This document shows, piece after piece, positions 13,340 to 23,210 of a stretch of DNA of 56,333 nucleotides. The stretch is from Pedosphaera sp. Lineage in GTDB: Bacteria; Verrucomicrobiota; Verrucomicrobiia; Limisphaerales; UBA1100. The stretch's first letter is position 1, and each line of letters opens with the position of its first letter. The stretch spans positions 1 through 56,333 of the forward strand of contig SIAW01000004.1 in NCBI GenBank assembly GCA_009695465.1, read 5' to 3'. Position numbers and translations under genes: made by a program. The notes under the pieces are model-generated. The model saw only the letters and a list, made by a program, of their open reading frames with translations, had not been told where the DNA came from and ran no database searches.

Positions 13340-16162
13340 TCAGGACTTCGGCACCGCCTCGACACAACGGCCGCAGAGGGTGGGATGGGCTGGGGCTGCG
13401 CCGATGTCGTCTTCCCAATGCCAGCAGCGCTCGCACTTGGCGCCGTCGGCCTTGGCAACGGTGACAGTGACTTTGTCCGCAGCACTGTCCTCGCGCCATT
13501 CGAGCTGCGAGACGTTGAGCAACTCGCGCAAGGTAGCGGCCTGCGCGCGCGCGGCGGCCAGCGATTCGGGGTTGCCGGTGAGTGTAACTTTCGCTTCGAG
13601 CGCTTTGCCGATGAGCTTGGCTTGACGCGCTTTTTCCAACTCGGGCAACGCCACTTCGCGCAGGGCGAAGAGCTGATTCCAATTATCGCGGTCGGCTTCG
13701 GATAAGGCGTTGCCGGTCGCGGGCCAGTCGGCCAGATGCACGGAGGGCACGCTGCGGCCAGGGATGAATTCCCACGCTTCATCGGCGGTGAAGGCGAGGA
13801 TGGGCGCGAGCATCTGGCAGAGGCCGGAGACGATTTTGTGCAGCGCGGTCTGCGTGGCGCGACGGCGCGGCGAATGGGCGGCGTCGGTGTAAAGCCGGTC
13901 CTTCACCACGTCGTGATAAATGGCAGAAAGTTCAACGGCGGCGAATTGGCTCACGCGCTGATAGACGACGTGAAACTCAAAGGCGTCGTACGCAGCGCGC
14001 ACAGCCACTTCGAGCGCGGCGAATTCGCCGAGCGCCCAGCGGTCCAGCGGCGTGAGTTGGGCATCGGGCACGGCGTGCGTTGCGGGGTCGAAGTCGAAAA
14101 GATTGGAGAGTTGATAACGCAGCGTGTTGCGCAGGTTGCGATAAGTCTCGCTGACCTTGCGGATGCGCTCTTCGCTCACGACGATGTCGTTGCGGAAATC
14201 CTGCGAGGCGACCCAGAGGCGCAACACATCCGCGCCGTGCGTTTTCACGTAGGCATCGGCCGTCTGCGGTTTCTCGTATCCGGTCTGTTTGCTTTTGGAG
14301 ATTTTCTCGCGGTCCGCATCCACCATGAATCCGTGGGTGATGACGGTCTTGAACGGTGCAGCGCCGTTGCCCGCCAGCGAGAGGAGCAACGAAGATTGGA
14401 ACCAGCCGCGATGTTGGTCGGAGCCTTCCAGATACACATCGGCTCGCCACGCAGCGGCAGGTTCAGCGCCTTCGCGTTCTGCGGCGTGCTGCAATTCCGC
14501 GCGGCGCATGAGCACGGCGCGAGAGGAGCTGCCCGAATCAATCCAGACATCGAGCGTGTCGTGCGATTTGGCGACGGGTTCGGGGCCGGTCCAGCCGGCA
14601 GGTTTCAAGAGCGCCCATAATTCGGCGGCGGATTTCTCGAACCAGACATTGCTGCCGTGCTTCTCAAAAAGATCGGCGGCGGCGCGCACGATGCGGGCGT
14701 CGAGAATGGGATTTTGTTGCGCGTCGTAAAAGGCGGGGATGGGCACGCCCCAACTGCGCTGGCGGCTGATGCACCAATCCGGGCGCGTGCCGACGGCCGA
14801 TTCGATGCGGCGCTGTCCCCAATCGGGCACCCAATGCACGTGGCCGATGGTTTCTTGTGCGCGCTGGCGAAAGCCGTCGTGGTCAATCTTGATGAACCAC
14901 TGATCCATCGCGCGGAAGATGACCGGCGTCTTGCTGCGCCAACAATGCGGGTAGCTGTGCGTGTAATTTTCCTGAAGCGCCAGCGCGTTGAGTTCGCGCA
15001 ACAAGGCGATGACCGCTTCGTTCGCCTCGCTCTTGCCGGCCTTTTCGAGAATGGCTTTGCCGATGAGACCGGCGGGCAACTGCTGCGCAGCGGGCAAGTC
15101 ACCGGTGTGTGCGAGGCGGCCCTCGTCGTCCACGGGCGAGTAGATGGGCAGCCCGTGCGCGCGGCCCAGATTGTAATCGTCGGTGCCGTGACCGGGCGCG
15201 ATGTGGACGAAGCCGGTGCCGGTGGAATTCTCCACGAACTCCGCCGCCAACAAACGTCCCGTGCGCGCGCAGAACGGATGCTGATATTCCAGCGTGGCCA
15301 GTTCATCGCCGTACACGGTGCGGATGATCTCGTGACTTTCCCAACCGCACGTGGCGGCGACTTTGGGCAGCAACATCGTCTCGACGAGATAGGTCTCATC
15401 GCCCACGCGCGCGAGTTGGTAGGTGAACTTGGTGTTAAAGGCGACGGCGAGATTGGCGGGCAACGTCCACGGCGTGGTGGTCCAGATGAGGACGAAGGTT
15501 TTGGGTTGGCCGACGACGGGGAATTTCACGAACACGCTCTGACTCACGTGGTCGGCGTACTCCACCTCCGCCTCGGCCAGCGCGGTGCGGCAGGGGATGC
15601 TCCAGTACACGGGCTTCTTGCCGCGATAAACAAAACCCTTCTCCACGATGTCGGCGAAGAGGCGCAGCTCGTCCGCCTCGTATTCCTTGTCGAGCGTGAG
15701 ATAGGGCCGATGCCAGTCGCCGAGCACGCCGAGGCGCTGAAATTGCGTGCGCTGCAGGTCGATGTATTTGCGCGCGTAAGCCTCGCACGCCTTGCGAATG
15801 GCGGCGGGTTCGGCCGAGGTGTCGCCGGCCTTGCGCATCTCCTGCGACACTTTGAACTCGATGGGCAACCCGTGGCAATCCCAGCCGGGCACGTACGGCG
15901 CATGACGTCCGCGCAGCGACTGGTACTTGAGGATGATGTCCTTGAGAATTTTGTTGAGCGCGGTGCCGACGTGAACATCGCCATTGGCGAAAGGCGGGCC
16001 GTCGTGCAACACGAACTTGGGCGCACCCGCGCGGCGTTGCTGGATCTGCGCGTAAAGACCGGCGGCTTCCCACTGCGCCAGTCGCTGCGGCTCGCGCGTG
16101 ACGAGGTCGGCCTTCATCGCGAAGTCCGTGCGCGGCAGATTGAGTGTGCTTTTATAGTCCAT
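13340..16162 (-). CDS. ileS: Isoleucine--tRNA ligase (type 1)
   Basis: Motifs LHDGPPFANG, HVGT (HIGH-like), GWDCHGLP, WTTTPWT, WCISRQR and KISKS (KMSKS-like). C-terminal CxxC...CxxC zinc finger. Confidence 0.97.
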   Translation of the reverse strand: MDYKSTLNLPRTDFAMKADLVTREPQRLAQWEAAGLYAQIQQRRAGAPKFVLHDGPPFANGDVHVGTALNKILKDIILKYQSLRGRHAPYVPGWDCHGLPIEFKVSQEMRKAGDTSAEPAAIRKACEAYARKYIDLQRTQFQRLGVLGDWHRPYLTLDKEYEADELRLFADIVEKGFVYRGKKPVYWSIPCRTALAEAEVEYADHVSQSVFVKFPVVGQPKTFVLIWTTTPWTLPANLAVAFNTKFTYQLARVGDETYLVETMLLPKVAATCGWESHEIIRTVYGDELATLEYQHPFCARTGRLLAAEFVENSTGTGFVHIAPGHGTDDYNLGRAHGLPIYSPVDDEGRLAHTGDLPAAQQLPAGLIGKAILEKAGKSEANEAVIALLRELNALALQENYTHSYPHCWRSKTPVIFRAMDQWFIKIDHDGFRQRAQETIGHVHWVPDWGQRRIESAVGTRPDWCISRQRSWGVPIPAFYDAQQNPILDARIVRAAADLFEKHGSNVWFEKSAAELWALLKPAGWTGPEPVAKSHDTLDVWIDSGSSSRAVLMRRAELQHAAEREGAEPAAAWRADVYLEGSDQHRGWFQSSLLLSLAGNGAAPFKTVITHGFMVDADREKISKSKQTGYEKPQTADAYVKTHGADVLRLWVASQDFRNDIVVSEERIRKVSETYRNLRNTLRYQLSNLFDFDPATHAVPDAQLTPLDRWALGEFAALEVAVRAAYDAFEFHVVYQRVSQFAAVELSAIYHDVVKDRLYTDAAHSPRRRATQTALHKIVSGLCQMLAPILAFTADEAWEFIPGRSVPSVHLADWPATGNALSEADRDNWNQLFALREVALPELEKARQAKLIGKALEAKVTLTGNPESLAAARAQAATLRELLNVSQLEWREDSAADKVTVTVAKADGAKCERCWHWEDDIGAAPAHPTLCGRCVEAVPKS

Positions 16163-16281
16163 CAGGCAGCCCAAGAAGCGGGGAAAGTATCAGCCGAAAG
16201 AGGCGCAATCAAGCGTCCAGCCAGAACGGAATGTATGGTTCGCCAGTTGGCAGCGCGGTTGCCGATGGCTACTCTGCCGAG

Positions 16282-17313
16282 ATGCAAAAGAGAGAGCGCA
16301 CGGCGGCAGAGATGGAGTTGACGCGGCGCATCGCGGAGCTGATCGCGTTGAAAGGCGGCGGGCACAACACGGACTTGGTCGCCGACATCATCGAGAACGC
16401 GCTGAAGTTGATGCGCGACGTGGAGCATCGCGGCGATGTACGCGTCATTCAGACCGCGCTGCGCGAGTTGCGCTACGCCTTCAAACTCTTCGCGCCGTAT
16501 TCGGCAACGCGCAAGGTGACCATCTTCGGTTCCGCACGCATCGCGCCGACCAAGGTGGAATATCAGCAAGCGGTGGAGTTCGCGCGGCTCAGCGCGGACG
16601 CTGGCTGGATGGTCATCACCGGTGCTGGCCCGGGCATCATGCAGGCGGGACACGAAGGCGCGGGGTTGGAGAAAAGTTTTGGCGCGAACATCCGCCTGCC
16701 GTGGGAGCAGGGCGCGAATCCCGTGATTGAGCACGACAAGAAACTCATCACGTTCAAATATTTCTTCACGCGCAAGCTCACGTTCATCCGGCACTCCGAC
16801 GCGCTGGCGCTTTTCCCCGGCGGCTTCGGCACGATGGACGAAGGGTTCGAGGCGCTGACGTTGATGCAGACGGGCAAGAGCCGGCTGATGCCGTTGGTGC
16901 TCGTGGATCGCCCCGGCGGCACGTACTGGAAAACGTGGGACCGCAACGTGCGCGATCATCTGCTGCGCGACCAACTCATCTCGCAGGATGATCTGAATCT
17001 GTACCAGATCACCGATGACCCGGCGCAGGCGGTGCGTTGGATTACGCGCTTCTACCGGAACTTTCACTCGACACGTTTCGTGCGCGATCAACTGGTGATG
17101 CGATTGCAGCGCGCGCCCACGGCCACGGCGTTGGCGGGCGTGAACGCGGATTTCGCCGACATCATCACCGGCGATGCGATGCGGCTCATCGGGCCGACAG
17201 ACGAGGAGCGCGATGACAACGATGAAGTGGCGCTGGCGCGGATGAGGTTCGGTTTTGACCGCAAGAGTTACGGGCGGCTGCGGGAATTGATCGACGTGCT
17301 CAACAATTTTTAG
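16282..17313 (+). CDS. LOG family (TIGR00730-like) nucleotide phosphoribohydrolase, long form
   Basis: Motifs VTIFGSAR, TGAGPGIM, YFFTRK and PGGFGTMDE. Confidence 0.85.
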   Translation: MQKRERTAAEMELTRRIAELIALKGGGHNTDLVADIIENALKLMRDVEHRGDVRVIQTALRELRYAFKLFAPYSATRKVTIFGSARIAPTKVEYQQAVEFARLSADAGWMVITGAGPGIMQAGHEGAGLEKSFGANIRLPWEQGANPVIEHDKKLITFKYFFTRKLTFIRHSDALALFPGGFGTMDEGFEALTLMQTGKSRLMPLVLVDRPGGTYWKTWDRNVRDHLLRDQLISQDDLNLYQITDDPAQAVRWITRFYRNFHSTRFVRDQLVMRLQRAPTATALAGVNADFADIITGDAMRLIGPTDEERDDNDEVALARMRFGFDRKSYGRLRELIDVLNNF

Positions 17314-17818
17314 TGCGCTCAATGGCGAGCAGGCGACGCTTCCATTCCAGTCCGCCGGAGAATCCGCCGAGCGTGCCGTCACTGGCGATGACGCGGTGAC
17401 AGGGAATGAGCAGCGGGATGGGGTTCGCGCCACACGCCGCGCCGACGGCCCGAGCCGCGCGTGGCCGGCTGGTGGCCGCAGCGATTTGAGCGTAGCTGCG
17501 CGTTTGCCCGCGCGGGATGCGCTGGAGTTGTTTCCAAACTTGAACCTGAAACAACGTGCCCGATGCGAGATCCAGCGGCGGCAGCACCGCGGGCGTGTTT
17601 CCTTTCAAGATGGACTCGATGGCTTTTGCCGTGGTGACGAGCCAACTTTGGTGCGCGGCGTTTTCGGGTTGTCGCGTGTGGATGGAGATTCGAATCGCGT
17701 TTGGAAAATACAGACACGCCAGCCCGACGTGAGTGAAAGTGACAGTGAAAATCCCCGCAGACGTTTGCAGTCGATGCCGGCTCAGAGCTGCGGGATGACC
17801 GTGGATAGCACCGCCCAT
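17300..17818 (-). CDS. ogt: Methylated-DNA--protein-cysteine methyltransferase
   Basis: Motifs GTLFQVQVW, IPRGQTRSY, RAVG and NPIPLLIPCHRV (active-site PCHR). Start uncertain. Confidence 0.88.
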   Translation of the reverse strand: MGGAIHGHPAALSRHRLQTSAGIFTVTFTHVGLACLYFPNAIRISIHTRQPENAAHQSWLVTTAKAIESILKGNTPAVLPPLDLASGTLFQVQVWKQLQRIPRGQTRSYAQIAAATSRPRAARAVGAACGANPIPLLIPCHRVIASDGTLGGFSGGLEWKRRLLAIERTKNC

Positions 17819-18267
17819 AATACGATGATGAGAATCAGCGCGAGGACAATCACGCGGTTGCGGGCCACTTTTTTTTCGCGGCGCAGTGCAGGCAGTCCGG
17901 CCACGGCGTTCACGGCGAGGTACGTGGTGAATTTGGGATTGGGCGGGCCGATGGGACCGAGGTATTCGCGCAGGCGCAGCCACAGACCGAAGAGATCGAA
18001 TTTGCGCATGCCCTGCGCGTTGTAGTGCGCGGCGGTGTTGAACTCCTCCACGGTTCGGCGCGGCGGCGTGCAGTCCATTTCCGGAATGGCGATGGGCGCA
18101 GCTTGCGGCGGCGGTTCCAACAATTGCGTGGTGGGCGGCGAGACGGGCGCGGTGTGGCCGAGCTGCGTTTGGAGCTGGGAAATCTTTGAGGTGAGATCGG
18201 CAATCTCAAGCTGCAGATCCTGCGCGCGGCTGGTGATGGCGGGAGTTTTATTTCGCTTCCAGAACAT
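17782..18267 (-). CDS. Hypothetical protein with N-terminal coiled coil and C-terminal TM anchor
   Basis: 161 aa. Heptad-like segment LQLEIADLTSKISQLQTQL and a hydrophobic C-terminal helix. Tight operon spacing. Confidence 0.7.
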   Translation of the reverse strand: MFWKRNKTPAITSRAQDLQLEIADLTSKISQLQTQLGHTAPVSPPTTQLLEPPPQAAPIAIPEMDCTPPRRTVEEFNTAAHYNAQGMRKFDLFGLWLRLREYLGPIGPPNPKFTTYLAVNAVAGLPALRREKKVARNRVIVLALILIIVLWAVLSTVIPQL

Positions 18268-18275
18268 CGCGGTGC

Positions 18276-18917
18276 TTAACGGGTGATGATGTAAAGAAAC
18301 ACGGCCATGCCCAGCAACAGCAACGGCCACGAAACGGCCAGTCCGATGAGACAGAGTTGGCCGAAGGTTTGCGGCAGCAGCGGATTGGTTGGGTGCGCGT
18401 TGTGTGCGCCGTCGGTTAAGACTGACGCGGGTAAAGATTGTGCCGAGAGCAGCGGCCATTTGATGCGCGCGGAGTTGAGTTCCATCCGGGCGTTTTCCAG
18501 CGTGGTGAGGTTGCGGGTGAGTTCGAGCTTCCACTCGTCGCGATGCGTGTCGATGTCGGCGAGCGATGCCACTTTTCCCAACGCCTCGCGCAGGTCCCCG
18601 ATGGTGCGGGCCATCTGTTCGGCATCACGGCGGCTGTTTTGCTCGGCCTCATTCAGCAGGCCCAGACTGCGCGTCATTTCGTTGAGCAACTCTTCGCGGC
18701 CGGTCTCAAACTCGCTGAAGCGGCGGCGCGATTCTTCCACCGTCGCACGTTCGCGTTCCGCGGTGGACAATTCACGCGTGAGGTCGGTGATGCGCTTCTG
18801 CAAATCCCCCACCTGCGTTTCCAATTCAGCCCTGTCGGCGGTGCGGGGACGCGGATTGGCTGCGATTGCGGGGAAATCTTCCTCCACCAAACTGCTGGAA
18901 CCATCGTAAGCCGACAT
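18276..18917 (-). CDS. Hypothetical long coiled-coil protein with C-terminal TM segment
   Basis: 213 aa. About 130 aa of E/R/L-rich heptads, then a hydrophobic tail. Confidence 0.72.
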   Translation of the reverse strand: MSAYDGSSSLVEEDFPAIAANPRPRTADRAELETQVGDLQKRITDLTRELSTAERERATVEESRRRFSEFETGREELLNEMTRSLGLLNEAEQNSRRDAEQMARTIGDLREALGKVASLADIDTHRDEWKLELTRNLTTLENARMELNSARIKWPLLSAQSLPASVLTDGAHNAHPTNPLLPQTFGQLCLIGLAVSWPLLLLGMAVFLYIITR

Positions 18918-18996
18918 GCTCGAACTATAGGCCAGCTCCCCGCCTTGTAAAGCAGATGTTGTGGGTGAGTCGCCAGTAGGCCACCGTATATTGTGG

Positions 18997-21456
18997 TCAC
19001 TGCTCGATTTCGGAGAGCTTTTTCCGCGCATACAGCAGCGGCAACAGTCCCAAACCGAGCGAGAGCAGCAGGAACAGACTGCGGGCTGCCAGTTTGACTG
19101 GGAAGGACGGCGGGCCAAACAGGTGCCACGGCGATTTCCACGGCGAACCCAAGCCCATGCAGATGACGCCGATGCCAATGTAGATGAAACTCAGCACGAG
19201 GCAGAAGGTGCCGCCGAAGCCGCTGACGATCTTGCTGGGATTTTCCTCGCGTAGATTGGGGTAGAGCACGCCCATGCTGATGGCCAGGCTGTTCAAGGTG
19301 AGAAGCATGATGAGGATGCCGCCGGAAAAATAGGCGATCTCGGCGGCGGGCAGATTGAGCATGCGCCCGGAGAGGATGATGAGCGGCAGCGAAATCATTG
19401 TCGAGACGGCCACGGCCAATCCCAGTTTGACCAACACGACCCGCGCCAGTCCCATCGGCGCCATGCCGACGATCCAGAGCCGTTTGCCTTCCAGCGAAAA
19501 TTGCGGGTACACAAAGCGCGTGGTCAATGTGGCGAGGTTGAGCGCGCACGCCGCCAGGTTCATATAGGCCACCACGTAGAGCCAGTAGTCGCTGGTGAAC
19601 TGCTGCGTGAAGTAGCGCAGGTTCATCATGTACACGCCCAAGATGCCAAAGAGCACGAGCGATTGCAGCCACTGGCTGGTGTCGCGCCAGAAGATGCGGA
19701 TGTCTTTGATCAAAAGCGCGCGCGTGGACGCCGCCACAAAGGGCACCCAACTGATCAACCGCTCCAGCACGCTGCGCGAGGATGCGGATTTTTGGGAGGC
19801 GGCCAGGCGTTGCCACAATCCGCTGGCCTCGGCGATCAGTCCTGCGCCGGCGAACAAGGTCAGCCACGCGCCGATGCCCAGATTTGCCAAGGAGGCGAGT
19901 CCTGCGTTGTATCCAAACCCCAGCATCACCAGTGACGGCAACAGTCCGGCCACGCAATACGCCGCGCGCCATCCTGTGATGAAAGCGAACGCCGCGGACA
20001 GCGGGATGGTCAGCAGGAGCAGGGCTGTGACTTGAGCGCCCCGTGATTCCGCGTTGACGATGCGCAGCGCCGACCGGTTGCGCAGCAGGTCCCATCCGGA
20101 AAGCTGCTCGCGGAATTGCTCGTTCAAGCGCAATTGAAATTCGGCCTGCAATGTTTCCAAGCCGACAAAGCCGCGGTGCTTTTCAATCCGCGGCATCAAC
20201 TCGCGATAGCCGGGCTGGATGGCCGCCACGGCTGATGGCGTCAACGCAAAATGGCCGAGCTGGCTGGGGCCAAGATTTCGGCCCAGTTCCTCGATGGCAT
20301 TGCTCATGCCCAACGCCACGACACTGGCCTCGTACGTGCCGACCTGGATGGGCAGCCATTGATTGGACTCGATGTTGGTCTGCGCTTGGGCGCACACGGC
20401 GGTCATGTCCGCCCGCGCGGCGCGCAGTGCGGGAGTGACGTTGAAGTAAGGCAGGAACACGCAGCCCAGCGCCATCACGGCGCAGGCGCGCCCGATGTGT
20501 TGCAAGAGCGTTTGCCAGCCGAGCAACAGATTGACGCCGCGACTGTGCGAGTCAGTGAGGGTGCGCAGAAAGAAGCCGCCGGTGCGTGTCATGCCGATGT
20601 ACCCGAAGAAGAGGGCGTTGCTCAGCAGCACCAGAAAATAAAATCCGGCCAGACTGTGCACGCCGTCTTTCCATTCCACGACAGACTTGGAGAGCCAGTA
20701 GCTGGGCATGAACGGGAACTGCGCGAAGCGCGCCTTGCTGAGCAGTCGCAGTCGCTCGCTGCCGGCTTGGATGGAGATCGCCTCGTCAAGCACCTCTGCC
20801 GGGCGCATGTACTGGTAAATCCCGATCAGCAATATCAGCAAGATGGGGATGCCAAAGATCCAGATCATGCGGCGCTCCAGATAGCGCGCCATCCCGATGG
20901 CCAGCCAACAACCCAGCACCGCCGGCAGCACGACGAAGAGCGCAACGAGGCAGAAGGTGAGCACATAAAAATGCCACGGCACCTGATAGTGCAGCCCGTA
21001 CGCCACCAGCAACGGGGTCACCAATAAGAGAAAGGCCCACGAAGCGACGATGGTGGATTCGATGAACTTCCATTGATAGATGGCGGACGCGGGGATGGGC
21101 AGGGTGGACAGCCACGAGGCTTCCCGGTTGCGGAAGAGATTGGAGTAGCCCACCACCACGTTGCTGAAGAGCAACATCGTGAACAGGAATGCGAAGAGCA
21201 GGAACACCATCTCCTCGATGAGCGTGCTGCCGATGCCTTGCGCGGTGGACAAGCGGCGCAGTCCCAGAGTGAACAGGCCCGCTGCGACGACTGGATAACC
21301 CAGGACGAAGAGGCTGATGATCCACGACAAAAACCGCGAGTGATTGGCGGCGGATTGGAGACGGCGACAGGCTTGCAGTGCGTTCACGCGCAGCAATAAC
21401 CCCAGCATGAAAACCTTTGTAGGTGGACTGGGCGGCGTGGAGGGACTGCTGGACAT
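18997..21456 (-). CDS. Putative ABC transporter permease (ABC-2-like, multi-TM) with internal insertion
   Basis: Many TM helices, KDIRIFWRD and RFVYPQFSLEG motifs, and position directly after an ABC ATPase. Confidence 0.75.
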   Translation of the reverse strand: MSSSPSTPPSPPTKVFMLGLLLRVNALQACRRLQSAANHSRFLSWIISLFVLGYPVVAAGLFTLGLRRLSTAQGIGSTLIEEMVFLLFAFLFTMLLFSNVVVGYSNLFRNREASWLSTLPIPASAIYQWKFIESTIVASWAFLLLVTPLLVAYGLHYQVPWHFYVLTFCLVALFVVLPAVLGCWLAIGMARYLERRMIWIFGIPILLILLIGIYQYMRPAEVLDEAISIQAGSERLRLLSKARFAQFPFMPSYWLSKSVVEWKDGVHSLAGFYFLVLLSNALFFGYIGMTRTGGFFLRTLTDSHSRGVNLLLGWQTLLQHIGRACAVMALGCVFLPYFNVTPALRAARADMTAVCAQAQTNIESNQWLPIQVGTYEASVVALGMSNAIEELGRNLGPSQLGHFALTPSAVAAIQPGYRELMPRIEKHRGFVGLETLQAEFQLRLNEQFREQLSGWDLLRNRSALRIVNAESRGAQVTALLLLTIPLSAAFAFITGWRAAYCVAGLLPSLVMLGFGYNAGLASLANLGIGAWLTLFAGAGLIAEASGLWQRLAASQKSASSRSVLERLISWVPFVAASTRALLIKDIRIFWRDTSQWLQSLVLFGILGVYMMNLRYFTQQFTSDYWLYVVAYMNLAACALNLATLTTRFVYPQFSLEGKRLWIVGMAPMGLARVVLVKLGLAVAVSTMISLPLIILSGRMLNLPAAEIAYFSGGILIMLLTLNSLAISMGVLYPNLREENPSKIVSGFGGTFCLVLSFIYIGIGVICMGLGSPWKSPWHLFGPPSFPVKLAARSLFLLLSLGLGLLPLLYARKKLSEIEQ

Positions 21457-21471
21457 GGCGGCAGCGGGGCT

Positions 21472-22266
21472 TTAAGGGCCAGATCCCGGCGCGGGTTTGC
21501 GCGGGACTTCCTGATGCAGTTGGCGCCGCGCCATCTCGCCTTCGTCATCCTCGCGCGTGAGAATCAGAAACGCCTCCTCCAACGCGCCGCCGCTGCCGCT
21601 CATCACGCGAAGCTCCTCCGCCGTGCCCAAGGCGATGAGCCGGCCGTTGTGGATGATGCCGATGCGGTCGGCCATTTCCTCGGCGACACTGAGTTGGTGC
21701 GTGGAGAGGAAGATGGTCATGCCCTGTTGCGTCTGCTCCTTGAGCACATCCTTCAACACCCGCGCATGATGCGGATCCAGTCCCACCATCGGTTCATCCA
21801 GCACGAACACCTCCGGCGCGTGCATCAGTGCTGAGACAATTGCCACGCGCTGCCGCGTGCCGTGCGAGAGGCTCTCGATGGTCTCGTTGAGATACGGTTG
21901 CAAACTGAAGCGCGGGATCAACTCCGAGGTACGCTTGTCCATCAGCTCGTCTGTCATGCCGAAGAGCTGGCCGGTGAATCGGAAGAATTCCATCGGCGTG
22001 AGTTTGTCGTAGAGGAACGGGAAGTCGGGCACGTACGCGAGGCGGCGCCGCACCTCCAACGGATGCTGCTCCACATCCCAGCCGCAGATGCGCGCGTGGC
22101 CTTCGCTGGGGCGGATGAGGCCGACGAGCATTTTGATGGTGGTCGTCTTGCCGGCGGCGTTGGGGCCGAGCACGGCGAAAAATTCGCCGCGCTTGACCGT
22201 GAGGCTGAGGTGATTAACGGCCGTCAGCGTGCCGAACCGTTTGACCAGATTGTCCAGCTCGATCAT
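21472..22266 (-). CDS. ABC transporter ATP-binding protein
   Basis: Walker A GPNAAGKTT, signature LSHGTRQ, Walker B VLDEP and H-loop STH. Confidence 0.93.
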   Translation of the reverse strand: MIELDNLVKRFGTLTAVNHLSLTVKRGEFFAVLGPNAAGKTTTIKMLVGLIRPSEGHARICGWDVEQHPLEVRRRLAYVPDFPFLYDKLTPMEFFRFTGQLFGMTDELMDKRTSELIPRFSLQPYLNETIESLSHGTRQRVAIVSALMHAPEVFVLDEPMVGLDPHHARVLKDVLKEQTQQGMTIFLSTHQLSVAEEMADRIGIIHNGRLIALGTAEELRVMSGSGGALEEAFLILTREDDEGEMARRQLHQEVPRKPAPGSGP

Positions 22267-23198
22267 TCGCGGGGTTTGCGTTGGGGATAATATTGCCGGT
22301 TGAGAATGTCCACGTTGACGACAGGAATGTGCGCGCGCAATAACTCCCCGCCGCGCCCGATGTACGCCACGATCTCCTGCGAACCCATCACCGGCGCGCG
22401 CAGCCGGTACACGCGCAGGCGCGGGCTGTAATCGGGCAGCATGGCGTAACGGCCTTCCCACTCCAGCGCGCTTGAGGATCGGGCCAGCGCCGGCGAGGCC
22501 GCATCGCCCGACCCGAACAACGTGGCCAGCAGATAGTCGGTCCATTGATTTTGGATGCCCATGCTCTGCGTCACCAACCACGTGGCGGTCTCCAGCCGCG
22601 CCTTCGACGTTTGCAATTGCGCGAATGTTTTCTCCACCGTGTTGGTGGTCCCGGTGCTGTTGCGCAGGGTGAAGGCGATTTTCTGGCTGGTGCTGTTGCT
22701 GTTGAGTTTGAGATCCCAACCATCCGCCACGCCGGGGCGCCCACTGCCCAAGGTCACGATGAAGGCGCGCCAATCAAGCTGCGCGTCAAAATCCAGATCC
22801 AGATCAAACGCCAATTGCTGGCCGCCGGGCAGCTCGACGGTGCCTGTCGTTTCCGGTGGCGTGCTATCCCAGTTGATTCCGTAGCCACCGACTTTGCGGA
22901 TGCGATTGTCCAGTTGGATAGCCCTGCCATTCTGATCGTACACTTGCCCCAGCCACGTGAAGGAACCGATGGGCGCATGATGCTGGCGCCAGTCGCCATG
23001 ATGATAGATGTCGAAATGCGAAATGGATTGCTCGGGATCCAGCATGCGCTTGGCGATGGTGAGCGGCGGCACCGGCGAGCCAAAGAACTCCGCCTGCCAC
23101 AGCAGATAGTTCATCACCAACCAAAACGCGGTGACGGCCACAAGACAGACGCGATGGAGATTGGACGCGGGCACGGCAGGAGATAATGGAGCGCCCAC
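22263..23198 (-). CDS. Hypothetical protein with N-terminal membrane anchor
   Basis: 311 aa with a single N-terminal TM helix. ATGA overlap with the ABC ATPase. Confidence 0.65.
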   Translation of the reverse strand: MGAPLSPAVPASNLHRVCLVAVTAFWLVMNYLLWQAEFFGSPVPPLTIAKRMLDPEQSISHFDIYHHGDWRQHHAPIGSFTWLGQVYDQNGRAIQLDNRIRKVGGYGINWDSTPPETTGTVELPGGQQLAFDLDLDFDAQLDWRAFIVTLGSGRPGVADGWDLKLNSNSTSQKIAFTLRNSTGTTNTVEKTFAQLQTSKARLETATWLVTQSMGIQNQWTDYLLATLFGSGDAASPALARSSSALEWEGRYAMLPDYSPRLRVYRLRAPVMGSQEIVAYIGRGGELLRAHIPVVNVDILNRQYYPQRKPRE

Positions 23199-23210
23199 CG
23201 CGCCGCGCTG

